This document shows positions 47,862-58,202 of a DNA stretch of 64,000 nt, in pieces (positions within the stretch are counted from its first letter, which is position 1; every line of letters starts with the position of its first letter). A model generated the notes under the pieces. It was given only the letters and a program-made list of their open reading frames with translations. It made no database searches and was not told the DNA's origin. Location: positions 39,092 to 103,091 of the forward strand of contig JAHIUS010000021.1 in NCBI GenBank assembly GCA_018816885.1, in the 5' to 3' direction. The stretch is from Patescibacteria group bacterium (GTDB taxonomy: Bacteria; Patescibacteriota; Gracilibacteria; UBA1369; UBA12470). A program made the translations under genes and the position numbers.

Positions 47862-48755
47862 TTATTTGCTTTCCATCCACTGATATGCTGAGTACGCGGC
47901 TTTCACTCCTTCTGCTACACCGACGATCGCTTGTTTCCAATCCGTATCTGTGACGTCGCCGGCTGCGAAGAATCCTTCTACATTTGTGCGGCTCATTTTG
48001 TCGATTTTGACTTCGCCTTTTTCATTCATGGATGCTCCGAGGGGTTCTGCTAGTTCTGTTTGAGGGATTCTGCCGATTTCTATGAAAAGCCCTTCGAGTT
48101 CGAGCTCTTTTCCTGTGTCGAATTTAACTTTGTTGATGGTTTCGTCTCCGAGGATTTCTGTGATGTTGGTGTTATTGATTACTTCAATTTTATCGTTTGC
48201 TTTCATCCTTTCTCTGTTGATTGGCTCGGGGCGAACATTTTCTCCTCTGTAGATTATGTAAACTTTTTTGGCGTACTTCGCGAGCAGGAGTGACTCTTTG
48301 ACTGCTGAATCGGATCCTCCGACTATTCCAACGGTTTTGTCGCGGAAAAACGGTCCGTCACAGGTTGCGCAGTAAGAAACTCCTTTGTTTGCGAACTCTT
48401 CTTCGCCCGGGACTCCGAGTTTGCGGTGGTGGGTTCCGGTTGCGAGGATTACGGTTTTGGTGTCGAATGTTTCTTGGGCGGTTTTGACCGTGAATCCTTC
48501 CTCGGTTTTTTCTATAGAGGTTACTGTGCCGGCTTTGATTTCCGCTCCTGCCGATTTGACATGCTCAACTATGTTTTGAGCCAGTTCCAAGCCTGATAGG
48601 GAAGGGAAGCCCGGGTAGTTTTCCACCAAGTGAGTTTTTGTGATGGTTCCACCTTGAAGTTCTCCGATTACGAGCGTTTTTAGGCCAAATCTTTTTGCGT
48701 AAATTGCGGCTCCCATACCTGATACGCCGCTTCCTACTATTATTACATCATGCAT
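47862..48755 (-). CDS. trxB: Thioredoxin reductase
   Basis: GSGVSG, VENYPG, GVSYCATCDG, GFFAAGDV. Confidence 0.93.
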   Translation of the reverse strand: MHDVIIVGSGVSGMGAAIYAKRFGLKTLVIGELQGGTITKTHLVENYPGFPSLSGLELAQNIVEHVKSAGAEIKAGTVTSIEKTEEGFTVKTAQETFDTKTVILATGTHHRKLGVPGEEEFANKGVSYCATCDGPFFRDKTVGIVGGSDSAVKESLLLAKYAKKVYIIYRGENVRPEPINRERMKANDKIEVINNTNITEILGDETINKVKFDTGKELELEGLFIEIGRIPQTELAEPLGASMNEKGEVKIDKMSRTNVEGFFAAGDVTDTDWKQAIVGVAEGVKAAYSAYQWMESK

Positions 48756-48825
48756 GTGTTTTTCTTTTAAAATATTAGACTCTAGATCATAGACTCTAGA
48801 GTGGTTTGATTATAGAGGATAAAAT

Positions 48826-49350
48826 CTAAAAATCGATCCCTTTTTGAGCTTGAATCCCTTTTTGAAAAGGATGAATTACCTCCTGCATATCTGTTATGAG
48901 GTCGGCTATTTCTTGGAATTGCGGGGGAGCATTGCGGCCGGTTAGAATGAAGCTTGTTTCCGGGTGAGATTCTATGATGTCGATGATGATTTCCGGGTCG
49001 ATTAGCTCGAGTGAGCAGGCTACATTGATTTCGTCGAGGATTACGAGGTTCGGTTTGAATTCTGTGAGTTCGTGGTGGAGAGCAAGGAGCGCTTTTTTGG
49101 CCGCTTTTTTGTGTTTTTCTTCAGGGTTTGTGTCGCCTTTTATTTTGTAAAAGCCTGCGCCTGATTGGTGGATGTGCAGATTTGGAAGGTCTAGTTTCTG
49201 AAGAAGTTTGAGTTCGCCTGTGTCTTCAAATTGTTTTAGGAATTGGATGATGAGGACGCGGTTTTCGTGGCCTAAGGCGCGGATGGCTGTGCCGAATGCT
49301 GCGCTACTCTTTCCTTTCCCATTTCCTGTAAATATCAGTATCTGTCTCAT
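48826..49350 (-). CDS. cobO: Cob(I)alamin adenosyltransferase (CobA/BtuR/CobO)
   Basis: TGNGKGKSSAAFG, IQFLK, LDEI, LTGR, HPF..GI.AQKGIDF. Confidence 0.93.
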   Translation of the reverse strand: MRQILIFTGNGKGKSSAAFGTAIRALGHENRVLIIQFLKQFEDTGELKLLQKLDLPNLHIHQSGAGFYKIKGDTNPEEKHKKAAKKALLALHHELTEFKPNLVILDEINVACSLELIDPEIIIDIIESHPETSFILTGRNAPPQFQEIADLITDMQEVIHPFQKGIQAQKGIDF

Positions 49351-49372
49351 AGTGCTAGTGTTTTTATGTCGT

Positions 49373-49392
49373 GTTTTGCTGTCGCAAAACGG
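49373..49392 (+). repeat. Hairpin of the TGGAG-hairpin family
   Basis: GTTTTGC TGTC GCAAAAC GG. Confidence 0.6.
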
Positions 49393-49484
49393 CTTATTCC
49401 AGTTTTTTGCCGCTTCGCTGTGCTTCGCGGCTGTTGCCTTTGCCGGAGCCGGTAAGTATTATGATTTGTCTCATGATCGCGTTG

Positions 49485-51449
49485 TTAAGCTGCTTTGTGT
49501 TTTTTTACTGTAAGACTTTCAACATCGGATCCGAATCTTCTTTGAATGTCTTTTCTGTACAGGTTTATGAGAGGGGTTGATTCATCTCTTGACAAGGTGT
49601 CGCTCAGTCCTTCCTGTAGGGGTTTGCCTCTGAGGATTTCGATTGTTTGTTCGAGAGGTTGTGTAACTTTTTCCATTACCATTTCATCTATTGCGGATCT
49701 CAGTGATTCGTTTTTTTGGATTGGGACTTCTCTTCCATGATTTGTGAATCGTATTTCAGCCATATGTTCCTCTGAATTTGTTCTTAGTTTTTTTCTCTTT
49801 GCTTGCGAGAGCAATCTTCTTCTGTCTTGTTCTTCCATTACTCTTAAGCCGGATCCTGTTATGTCTTTCAGGTCTATTGTTGTAAATTCGGTTTCTTCGT
49901 CGGTGTCTATTGCGTCCAATGTTCTCTCACCTTGGCTTAATTCGTGTATTTCTCTTGCCTTCATCGCGGCGGACTCTCCTTCAATTGTTTGTATTGCCGA
50001 TTCCTGTCTGTTTCTCGCTTGAGTTTCCCCTGTTTTTTGTTCGCTTCTTAAAGTTTCTCCGGCCAATGCGTCGATTAATACTATCTCTTCTCCTTCGGAT
50101 CCGCTAAGTATGCGTGCAAGCTGCTGTGAATATACTTTCTGAGCTTTTTCGGTTGAAGCTATCATCTTTGTCCAGTCGTGAATGTCGGTTCCTTCTTCAG
50201 CTTCTTTTGACAGTACATCGAGTGTTACGATTTTTTCGGATTTGTTTAGTGTGAAAAAATATATTCCCGCCTGAGATTCTCTTATTTCTTTGGGTAGTTT
50301 TTTGAAAGCTTTTGTGAGCTCATGCCTATCTTCCAGTTCTGTTATTTCAAACGCGGCCAATAGGAGTTCTTGTTCTTTGTAGGAGCGTGCCGCGAATTTT
50401 GACATTAGTTGATGGTACTCTTTTGGGGCTATTTCCGTTAGGTTGTCGGTTAAAAGTTTGAGGTAGTTTTTTGCTAGAGGGTTGCTTTCTTTGCTGTGTT
50501 CGAGTTTTTGTAATTCCGTAAGCAAAGATTCGCGTTCGCTGCAGCCGAGTTCTTTCCGCCAGGTTTTTTCATAAGGTTCGCGTATTGTTTCCGGTAGTTT
50601 CGAGAAGTCTTTTTGGATTCTTCGGCGCTTGGGGATTAGTTCGTTCTCAAGGTCTCTGAGAGCTTTTGCGACTCCTTCGACTCCTTTGTATTGAGGTCCT
50701 CTGAGATTTTCGGTTTCGATCCATTTCAGGAACTCTTTTCTCGGTTTATCGCCGAATATTTCCGGATCCAGTAAGGATTCATATCTTTTTAACAATTCGG
50801 AATGTCTTTTTTCCAGTATTGCCAGTTCTTCATTACAATTTCCCGAGTTGATTTTTCCCGATTCAACCATTTGAAAAAATGTGTTTTGAACGGTGGGGTG
50901 GGCTTTTATGGCTTTTTTGTAACTTGTTTCTATTTCTTCCAGAATTTCGGTTTTTGATCTTTGTAGTGTTCCTCTTTGTTGTTCTCTAAAAGTTTCAGCC
51001 AAGTATAGATTGAATGCTTTTGGCGAGGTTTTTTTCAATCTTTCGAGTCTTTGTTTGTGCTTGAGTTGTTCCGGGGCGCATTTTTTCAAGCCTTTTATTT
51101 CATTGGCAAGGTCTTTTGTGCTTAGTCCTCTCATGTAGGATAAACAGTTGGCTGTGAATCCCAGTTTGTTATCTTCCGATTCGTGAGTTGTTTCTTCGAG
51201 TATCCCCTTTGCTATATTCAGTGTTAATTCTTTCATTTGTCTCTCCAGATCCGTAAGTTTTGCAGGTGATTCGAATCTTCCTTCTTCTATTTCTTTGCGA
51301 ATTTCTCCTATCGTTAAATTTCCATCAAGTTCTTTCTCCAGATCTTTTGCGTCTTTTGCCAGATTTTCGGCGCGTTTTTTGGTAAAACTGTCGAATTTCT
51401 CAAGAGGTTCTATCCCTTCATTGCCTTTAAAATTTTCCAGTGAGCTCAT
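49485..51449 (-). CDS. Hypothetical helical protein with internal repeats
   Basis: 654-aa Glu/Lys/Leu-rich ORF; F(S/K)KLP(E/K)xIRE occurs twice. Confidence 0.7.
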   Translation of the reverse strand: MSSLENFKGNEGIEPLEKFDSFTKKRAENLAKDAKDLEKELDGNLTIGEIRKEIEEGRFESPAKLTDLERQMKELTLNIAKGILEETTHESEDNKLGFTANCLSYMRGLSTKDLANEIKGLKKCAPEQLKHKQRLERLKKTSPKAFNLYLAETFREQQRGTLQRSKTEILEEIETSYKKAIKAHPTVQNTFFQMVESGKINSGNCNEELAILEKRHSELLKRYESLLDPEIFGDKPRKEFLKWIETENLRGPQYKGVEGVAKALRDLENELIPKRRRIQKDFSKLPETIREPYEKTWRKELGCSERESLLTELQKLEHSKESNPLAKNYLKLLTDNLTEIAPKEYHQLMSKFAARSYKEQELLLAAFEITELEDRHELTKAFKKLPKEIRESQAGIYFFTLNKSEKIVTLDVLSKEAEEGTDIHDWTKMIASTEKAQKVYSQQLARILSGSEGEEIVLIDALAGETLRSEQKTGETQARNRQESAIQTIEGESAAMKAREIHELSQGERTLDAIDTDEETEFTTIDLKDITGSGLRVMEEQDRRRLLSQAKRKKLRTNSEEHMAEIRFTNHGREVPIQKNESLRSAIDEMVMEKVTQPLEQTIEILRGKPLQEGLSDTLSRDESTPLINLYRKDIQRRFGSDVESLTVKKHKAA

Positions 51450-51563
51450 TTTGAAGGGTTGATTAGGATGCTGATTGTAACTTTTTTCCGTAAAAAGTCA
51501 ATGATTTAACTGGTGGCGGATGGTTTAAAGTGGATGGTATTTCTATATGCCCCATCTGCTATT

Positions 51564-53768
51564 TTACGCCACCGAACATGCCGAGTAGCTGCATTGAGGG
51601 CAGCTCATGCAACCCTCATGCATTATCAGTTTGCCCTCGCAATCGGGGCAGACACCTTCCTTCTTAATCTCTGCTTTTGATTTTTCAGAACTTTGTTTGA
51701 GTGATTTGTGTCGTCTTTGATCTTCTTCGATCTTCTTTTTGCCTTTGACTTTTCCGATGTTCAGAACCTGGTTGTCGCGGCTTCCGTCCCTGTAAACGGT
51801 TATTCCTTTACAGCCGAGTTTGTAGGCCGATTTGTAGGATTTTTCGATATCTTTGGTTGTTGCCAAGTGCGGGAAGTTTACGGTCTTCGATACGGCCGAA
51901 TCTATATGTTTCTGGAAAGCTGCTTGGGCTTTCACATGCCATTCCGGCGCGATGTCTTGGGCTGTTACGAATACTTTTCGTACTGAAGCTGGGATTGCTT
52001 CTATGTTTTGGACTGAACCGCTTTCCGCGATTTCTCGCATTAGATCTTGTGAGTAAAATCCTTTTTCTTTGGCGATCTGCTCAAAGTACTTGTTGGTGTA
52101 AACAAGCTCTGTGCCGTCCATTACGTTCTTGATGTATGAAATGGCGAAGTTTGGTTCGATTCCGCCCGATGCTTCTGCAATCATTCCGATTGTTCCTGTT
52201 GGAGCGATTGTTGTTTGGCAGGCGTTTCTGATTTTTATTCCTTTTTTCTCGTAATAACTTCCTTTCCAGCAAGGGAATACTCCTCTGTCTTTGGCCAGAT
52301 CTATCGATTTGTTTTCACATTCTGTTTTAAGGAATGACGTGATTTTGTCCGCCCACTCCAGACCTTCTTTTGAGTTGTAAGGGACTTTAAGTTGATAAAG
52401 AATATCACCGAATCCCATCAGTCCGAGGCCGACTTTTCTTGATGCGCGGCTGACTTCGGCGATCTTCGGGATCGGATATTTGTTCATATCGATCACATTA
52501 TCCAGGAAGTGGATAGATGAATGGATTGTTTCTCGGAATTTGTCCCAGTCGAGGTCTGAGTGGTCTGCGCGGATCATTCTGTTAAGATTGATTGAGCCCA
52601 GATTGCAGGATTCGTAACCCTTCAGAGGTTGTTCTCCGCACGGATTGGTGCTTTCTATCAATCCCGTGTGCGGGATTTTATCGGCTTTGTTGATTGTGTC
52701 GAGGAAAATTACTCCGGGATCGCCGTTTTTCCAGGCCATATCCAGGATAAGGTCGAATACATGGCGCGCCGGGAGTTTTTGGACAACTTGTCCGTCTCTT
52801 GGGTTCAAAAGTTCATAATCTTTGTTTTTATCCAAGGCTTCCATGAATTTATCCGTGATTCCGACAGATATGTTGAAGTTGGTAAGGGTTACCATGTCGG
52901 ATTTCATTGTGATGAAGTCTAAGATATCCGGATGATCGACTCTAAGGATTCCCATATTGGCTCCGCGTCTTTTGCCTCCTTGTTTGATTACATCTGTCGC
53001 GACATCAAATACTCGCATGAATGAGATAGGTCCGGAGGATACGCCGGTTGTGGATTTAACGAGGTCGTTTCTTGGCCTTAATCGTGAGAATGAAAAGCCG
53101 GTTCCTCCTCCACTTTTGTGAATTAATGCGGCATTTTTCACGGTATCAAAGATGTTTTCCATCGAATCTTCTACCGGAAGAACGAAACATGCCGAGAGCT
53201 GCTGTATATCTGTTCCTGCGTTCATCAGGGTAGGGGAGTTGGGCATGAACTCCAGTTGTGTCATAAGTTTGTAGAATTTCTCTTCCGTTTCTTGGGCATT
53301 CCCTTTTTTGTAGTTCTTGTCTGCTTCGGCAATGTTTTTGGCGACTCTGCGGAATAGGTCTTCGGGAGACTCCATTATTCTGTTGTTTTCGTCTTTTAAC
53401 AGATAGCGGCGTTCCAAAACTTGAAGTGCGTTCAGGCTTAGTGGGAGGTTGGTGGTTTTTCCCATTATTGCCTTCTGCTGCTCTCTGATGTCTGCTCGTT
53501 TTTGTCTGTAAAGAATGTAAGCTTTTGCCGTTTTGCCGTACTGGCGTTCTATCAGCATGTTCTCGACGAGGTCTTGGACCTGTTCGACTGTTGGGTAGTT
53601 GTCTCCTTTGAACAAGATGTTGAGGAGGTTCTCGATTTCGTTTGAAATTTCCTGTGCGATTGTGCGGTCTTTTCCTCCGACCGATTGAGCGGATTTCCAA
53701 ATCGCTTCAGCGATTTTTTCGCGATCGAAATTGGCAGCGGTTCCGTCGCGTTTGATGATTTTTTTCAT
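51564..53768 (-). CDS. nrdJ: Class II (B12-dependent) ribonucleotide reductase with ATP cone
   Basis: IIKRDG ATP cone, PNSPTLMNAG, QQLSACFV, TNPCGEQ, TIAPTGT, C-terminal CxxC motifs. Confidence 0.95.
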   Translation of the reverse strand: MKKIIKRDGTAANFDREKIAEAIWKSAQSVGGKDRTIAQEISNEIENLLNILFKGDNYPTVEQVQDLVENMLIERQYGKTAKAYILYRQKRADIREQQKAIMGKTTNLPLSLNALQVLERRYLLKDENNRIMESPEDLFRRVAKNIAEADKNYKKGNAQETEEKFYKLMTQLEFMPNSPTLMNAGTDIQQLSACFVLPVEDSMENIFDTVKNAALIHKSGGGTGFSFSRLRPRNDLVKSTTGVSSGPISFMRVFDVATDVIKQGGKRRGANMGILRVDHPDILDFITMKSDMVTLTNFNISVGITDKFMEALDKNKDYELLNPRDGQVVQKLPARHVFDLILDMAWKNGDPGVIFLDTINKADKIPHTGLIESTNPCGEQPLKGYESCNLGSINLNRMIRADHSDLDWDKFRETIHSSIHFLDNVIDMNKYPIPKIAEVSRASRKVGLGLMGFGDILYQLKVPYNSKEGLEWADKITSFLKTECENKSIDLAKDRGVFPCWKGSYYEKKGIKIRNACQTTIAPTGTIGMIAEASGGIEPNFAISYIKNVMDGTELVYTNKYFEQIAKEKGFYSQDLMREIAESGSVQNIEAIPASVRKVFVTAQDIAPEWHVKAQAAFQKHIDSAVSKTVNFPHLATTKDIEKSYKSAYKLGCKGITVYRDGSRDNQVLNIGKVKGKKKIEEDQRRHKSLKQSSEKSKAEIKKEGVCPDCEGKLIMHEGCMSCPQCSYSACSVA

Positions 53769-53985
53769 GGTAGAGTAGTGTTAGTAGTCAGTAATTAGTA
53801 ATGAGTGGATGGAGTTTCCGCTAACGCGGAAACGGCTTGATTGTTAGTGGGGCTGGCCTTGCGGCCGCCCTGTGGAGTTTCCGCTGTGGAGCCCTGCGGG
53901 CAGGTTAGTTTTTTGTGCCGGCCTAACGGCCGCACTGGCGGAAACGGCTTGATTGGTAGTGGGGCTGGCCATTGGCCGCCCTTTT
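53769..53985 (+). repeat. Mosaic of heptamer array and duplicated/nested hairpin units (BIME-like)
   Basis: Heptamers, then TGGA GTTTCCGC TAAC GCGGAAAC GG; about 45-nt direct repeat 53826-53871/53938-53982. Confidence 0.8.
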
Positions 53986-54136
53986 TTAGTTTGTTTTTTT
54001 GGGGACTCAAGAAATCAGAGGGTCTTTTCAAATTTATAGACTTTGAAGTCTTGGCCTGACTTGTTTTTTCGAGCGGTTTCTGTTCTGATTGGCTTCCTTT
54101 TGCGCTTAAACGGTCTTGTGTCCAAGTTTTTGCATA

Positions 54137-54184
54137 CCACTACATATTGTGGTTCTTGCTCATGTATACTACAATATATTGAAG
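54137..54184. promoter_or_regulatory. Tandem NrdR boxes upstream of nrdJ
   Basis: CCACTACATATTGTGG (54137-54152) and CTACAATATATTGAAG (54169-54184), starts 32 bp apart, match the acaCwAtATaTwGtgt consensus. Confidence 0.8.
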
Positions 54185-54353
54185 TTTTAAGGGTAACTCA
54201 AGGCGCTTTTTGAAAACCAAATTTACAATATTTGAAAATATTTTAGCGTTATATAAAAATAGGTTGCAAAATCCTTTAATGAGAACTATTATCAATAGCG
54301 CCTTGTATTCTTTAACCCCTTTACGATATGGACGGCAAAGGAGGATGCGGATG

Positions 54354-55502
54354 TTAAGTTCCGCCTGAAGATGCCTTCTCATTGTGAGAGGGTGTCTTTT
54401 TTTTGTTCTCGTATATGCTCAAAGCTATTACCGCCAGTATTGTTGTGAGATAGGGGAGGAGCTGATTGTATAGAGGTTTTTTTTCATGTTCGATTGAAAT
54501 TGTTTCCGGTTGGTTGTTCACGGTTTCTATCCTGTAATCGATTATTTCGTTTTCGCCGTTCAGGGTTTCGAATGTTAGAGAGATGTTTTGTTCGGGAGTG
54601 AAGATTGTGTTTGCAAGTTCTTGCGACAGGTTTAGATTGGATGTTTGGAATGAAAAAATCTGCTCGTTTACGGTTATTTCGAGAGTGTTTGATTCAAAGG
54701 TTTCTATAAGTCCTTCTGTTGCGAAGATTGTTGCATTTAGCGTTCCGGGGGTAGGGGTGTGCCATTGCCATGATTCTTCCGTTTCGTTGGTTAGAAGGTT
54801 TATTATGGTAATGAGTTGGTATGAAACTCCTTCCTTTGTTGATTCGTAAGGGACTTCGGATAGTATGTTGCCGTCCGGGGTCAAAATTCGGGCTGAGTCT
54901 GATGAGTTGTTCAAGGCGATTCCCGATTCACTTCTGAATATTATTGTGCGTTCTCCCGGTTCGAGTTTCGTTGTCGGGATTTCCCAAGGGGAGCTTCCGT
55001 CTTCGTTGTCGTCCAGCAATAGGCCTTCGAGGTTGATTTCCGCCTGTCCGGTGTTTTTTATCTCTATCCATTCTTCTGTCGATTCGTTTTCTTCGGGGTT
55101 GGGCATTACTTCTGTTATTTGTACTGTTGTTGGGAAAATTTGATACTCTTTGATTTCTCCGAGTGGATAAGTCTCTCCTTCCAGAGCGTTTTCGATTTTC
55201 ATTGTGTCGATTGGTTTCGGATTGGAAGACAGTATTCGAATTTCGTCATAGTCGTTGTTGATTGAAATTTTTGTTTCCGAAGAAAAAAGCTGAAGTTCTC
55301 CGAGAGGGGCTATTGTATAGCTTTCGAGGTTGAAAGGGGGGCTTTCGCCTTGCTGATCGTCCAGAAACAGGCCTGTGAGTTCTTGTCTGTAGTCGGATTC
55401 GTTTTTGAGAATGATATACTCTTTATTCAAATCCGCGCCTTCCGGATTGGGAAGAACCTCGAATATTTTTATCGCTATTAGTAAGGGAATTATTTTGAAC
55501 AT
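54354..55502 (-). CDS. Lamin-tail-domain protein (two LTDs) with C-terminal TM
   Basis: Repeated I.EV.PNP...E(Y/W)I.(L/I)KN...L.GL.LDD motif. Confidence 0.8.
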   Translation of the reverse strand: MFKIIPLLIAIKIFEVLPNPEGADLNKEYIILKNESDYRQELTGLFLDDQQGESPPFNLESYTIAPLGELQLFSSETKISINNDYDEIRILSSNPKPIDTMKIENALEGETYPLGEIKEYQIFPTTVQITEVMPNPEENESTEEWIEIKNTGQAEINLEGLLLDDNEDGSSPWEIPTTKLEPGERTIIFRSESGIALNNSSDSARILTPDGNILSEVPYESTKEGVSYQLITIINLLTNETEESWQWHTPTPGTLNATIFATEGLIETFESNTLEITVNEQIFSFQTSNLNLSQELANTIFTPEQNISLTFETLNGENEIIDYRIETVNNQPETISIEHEKKPLYNQLLPYLTTILAVIALSIYENKKKTPSHNEKASSGGT

Positions 55503-55563
55503 CCCAGGTACGATAGCGCAGGGACATTAAATTTAGATTAAAAAAAAGGGGGGCAACTTTAAA

Positions 55564-55626
55564 AAAGAACCAAGAACCAAGATCCAAGATCCAAGATCCA
55601 AGATCCAAGATCCAAGATCCAAGAAC
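55564..55626. repeat. Near-perfect heptamer array
   Basis: AAAGAAC CAAGAAC (CAAGATC)x6 CAAGAAC. Confidence 0.95.
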
Positions 55627-55658
55627 ATGAGTGCTGCAGAATCATTTTGACAAAGCCC

Positions 55659-58196
55659 CTAGCTTCCTCCAATCTCCACAACGAAATCTCCTTTATAAAT
55701 ATCGTACACAAGTATTTTTGAATGATTGAAAATATAGTCAAAGGCTTCCATGTATTTTTCCGCCATTGTTCCTTCGAGATCGGAGCTTATCGAGTAGGTG
55801 TTGTAGTCGAAAATCATGTATTTGAATCCTCCGGCCTGCAATCTTCTTTCCAGCAGATCCATATCTTTTTCCAGGTATAGGCAGTGGAAGTCGTCGAGAT
55901 ATTGGTCGTTAAAAGTTCTTGAGAAGCTGTTTTCTATGAAGTATGGAAGAGTGGTTCCAACTCTCCATATCAGTCCATCGTTCTTTTCGAAAATATCGCT
56001 TGCCGCAAGGGCGTTCGGATATATTGAGCTGACGGTTTCTTCTTCTGTTATTGTGTCTGAAATATACAGCAGCAATGGGTGTTTTCCGGAAGAAGCTATC
56101 CTGAGTGTGAAGAAAGGGATAATTAATATAAGTACCAGTATTGCGGCAAAGATTTTCCCATATTTTTTATGGGTTTTCTCTAAGTTATCCAAAAGTCCGG
56201 ATACATACATTGCAAGAGGCAGAAGGCCCGGAAGTCCGTACCAAATAATTCCGTTTCCGGATACAAGCCAGAATATCCAATAACTTACTCCGAACACTAT
56301 GACCGGCATCCATTTTTTCGATTTTTTTCTCACGAATAGGAGTAATGCGGGGATTAAGGCTAGGAATATCCATCCTATATCTACATATTTTCCGTAAACT
56401 CCTTGGTCGTTCATGGTTAGATGCCAGGGTAGGGTTAGGATTCTTTTTGCCGGGTGGTCATAGCCCAAATATCTGTCCAGCTCTTCTATGGTACCTGTGC
56501 CTTTGCACTCTTCATGGTTTATAGCGAGGTCTCCTTCGAATGCGTCGTAATCCATTTTCGGTTGCGGGTTCTCTCCCAAAATCAGGGCTCGGGTTGACAG
56601 AGATCCTGTGTCCATGAAGTTGCCGATTGCCCATGGAGAGAATGCCATTCCTGCGAATAGCGCGAATATGACGATCGTTTTTAGGCCATGGAAGTTCTTT
56701 TCTTTAATTATAGAAATCAAAAGTAGAATTGCTGCGATAACGACCAGGATTACTCCCGTTATTTGAGGGGCTGAGAAGTTGTGCCCCATATTAATGTTGT
56801 TTGTGATCGCGAGTGTTCCAAGTCCGAATAGTATTCCCGCTGCCGTTCCTTTTGTCTTGTAATATTTGTTTAAGAGAATTGTTATCATTGCGAAAATCAA
56901 GATCATTGCGGTGATTTTTATTCCGAACGCGAATCCTGCCAGAAGTCCCGCTATTATGATGTACACTGATTGTTCTTTTTTGTCTTTTGAGGTTATTCCC
57001 AGGTATAAACTCAAGAATGAGATCGTGCTTATGGCGAAGCTTGCCAGGTCTACTTTGTTATCTTCTATGATGTGAAATGTGAATAGCGGAGTTGCGTATA
57101 TTGATGCTGCGGCTATGAGTGAATATTTTTTTGATAAAAATTTTCTTGAAACAATATAGATTGCGGCCAGCGCTATTGCTGCCGGGAAAAAAGAGGCCAG
57201 GAATAGGGTTGCGGTTGTCCAGTTGAACATGGTGAAGCCGAGGCTCATGAAGAGCTCCCAGTAGTAGTTGCCACCCATTCTTATAAGTCCTCCCGCTTCG
57301 AATATTTCTTTGGCGAGGTTTACATATCGGTTGAGACCGTCGTATCCTCTCGGAGTAGGGGAGATTCCGTCTATGAAGTTTAGAAGTACTGTCAGTCCGA
57401 GGATTATCAGTATTGGCAGAATTAAGCTTTTCGGGTTGATTTTGAGTTCTTGTTTGAAATCTTTGAGTTTTTTGAGAATTTGAAGGACGGATTTATAGCT
57501 TATTGCAGATAAAAGTATGAATGTTGCCCAGCTTGTTGCTTGGTTGAGTATTCCGAATTTTCCGAGGAAAAAGCAGGTTAATATGATTGCGAAAAGGCCC
57601 AGCCCAAGTGAGATGAGTGCGTTTTCCGGGTTGAGTTTTGCTTTTTTGAGTAGGAGTTTTAGGATTGAGAAACCTGTTGATACGGCGGTTAATGTCAGGA
57701 AGAACATTATCAGAAAAAGTCCTATTGTTTTGGTGATTAACCCCTTTTGGATGTCTGCGATTTTCGGGGTGATGAAGTTTTTGTGGAACTCTGCAGGCAG
57801 CCATTTGAAAGTGTCTTTGGTTTTTTGCATGGAGGAGTTGTGGACGACTATTGAATCTGCTCCTTCAGGTATTTCCGAGTAATCATGGACTTCTTGAATT
57901 TCTATTGCCAGAGTTTCCGGGTTGTATGAGTAGATTATGTCTCCTCCCGTGTTGTATGATGGGTCTGTTACCAAAAACATGATGTTGCCAAGTATGAGTA
58001 TGCCTATAAGTGCGGCTGTCAGTATCCGAGGCAAGGTGATTCGGATTTTTTTTAAGAAGAAAAAGGCGGCATAGATCAAAACAGGAATTGACAGGTAAAG
58101 TATTTGGATGATTCCGGGTGTGTAGTACCAGTGATTTTTGAAGTAGAAAAAAACTACTAGCCCTATCCAGGATACTGCGAGTATTTTTTTTGGCAT
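55659..58196 (-). CDS. Large polytopic GT-C (ArnT/PMT-like) glycosyltransferase
   Basis: Many TM helices; luminal PRGYDGLNRY motif, DNKVDL, AGFAFGIK. Confidence 0.7.
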   Translation of the reverse strand: MPKKILAVSWIGLVVFFYFKNHWYYTPGIIQILYLSIPVLIYAAFFFLKKIRITLPRILTAALIGILILGNIMFLVTDPSYNTGGDIIYSYNPETLAIEIQEVHDYSEIPEGADSIVVHNSSMQKTKDTFKWLPAEFHKNFITPKIADIQKGLITKTIGLFLIMFFLTLTAVSTGFSILKLLLKKAKLNPENALISLGLGLFAIILTCFFLGKFGILNQATSWATFILLSAISYKSVLQILKKLKDFKQELKINPKSLILPILIILGLTVLLNFIDGISPTPRGYDGLNRYVNLAKEIFEAGGLIRMGGNYYWELFMSLGFTMFNWTTATLFLASFFPAAIALAAIYIVSRKFLSKKYSLIAAASIYATPLFTFHIIEDNKVDLASFAISTISFLSLYLGITSKDKKEQSVYIIIAGLLAGFAFGIKITAMILIFAMITILLNKYYKTKGTAAGILFGLGTLAITNNINMGHNFSAPQITGVILVVIAAILLLISIIKEKNFHGLKTIVIFALFAGMAFSPWAIGNFMDTGSLSTRALILGENPQPKMDYDAFEGDLAINHEECKGTGTIEELDRYLGYDHPAKRILTLPWHLTMNDQGVYGKYVDIGWIFLALIPALLLFVRKKSKKWMPVIVFGVSYWIFWLVSGNGIIWYGLPGLLPLAMYVSGLLDNLEKTHKKYGKIFAAILVLILIIPFFTLRIASSGKHPLLLYISDTITEEETVSSIYPNALAASDIFEKNDGLIWRVGTTLPYFIENSFSRTFNDQYLDDFHCLYLEKDMDLLERRLQAGGFKYMIFDYNTYSISSDLEGTMAEKYMEAFDYIFNHSKILVYDIYKGDFVVEIGGS

Positions 58197-58202
58197 TTAT
58201 TT

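Noticed and set aside
53769-53985. CRISPR array or cobalamin riboswitch
   Set aside because: Only two imperfect copies, no regular unique spacers, no cas genes; no recognisable B12-box.
55423-55741. Short ORFs with LGSWILD repeats
   Set aside because: These are translations of the heptamer array, not genes.
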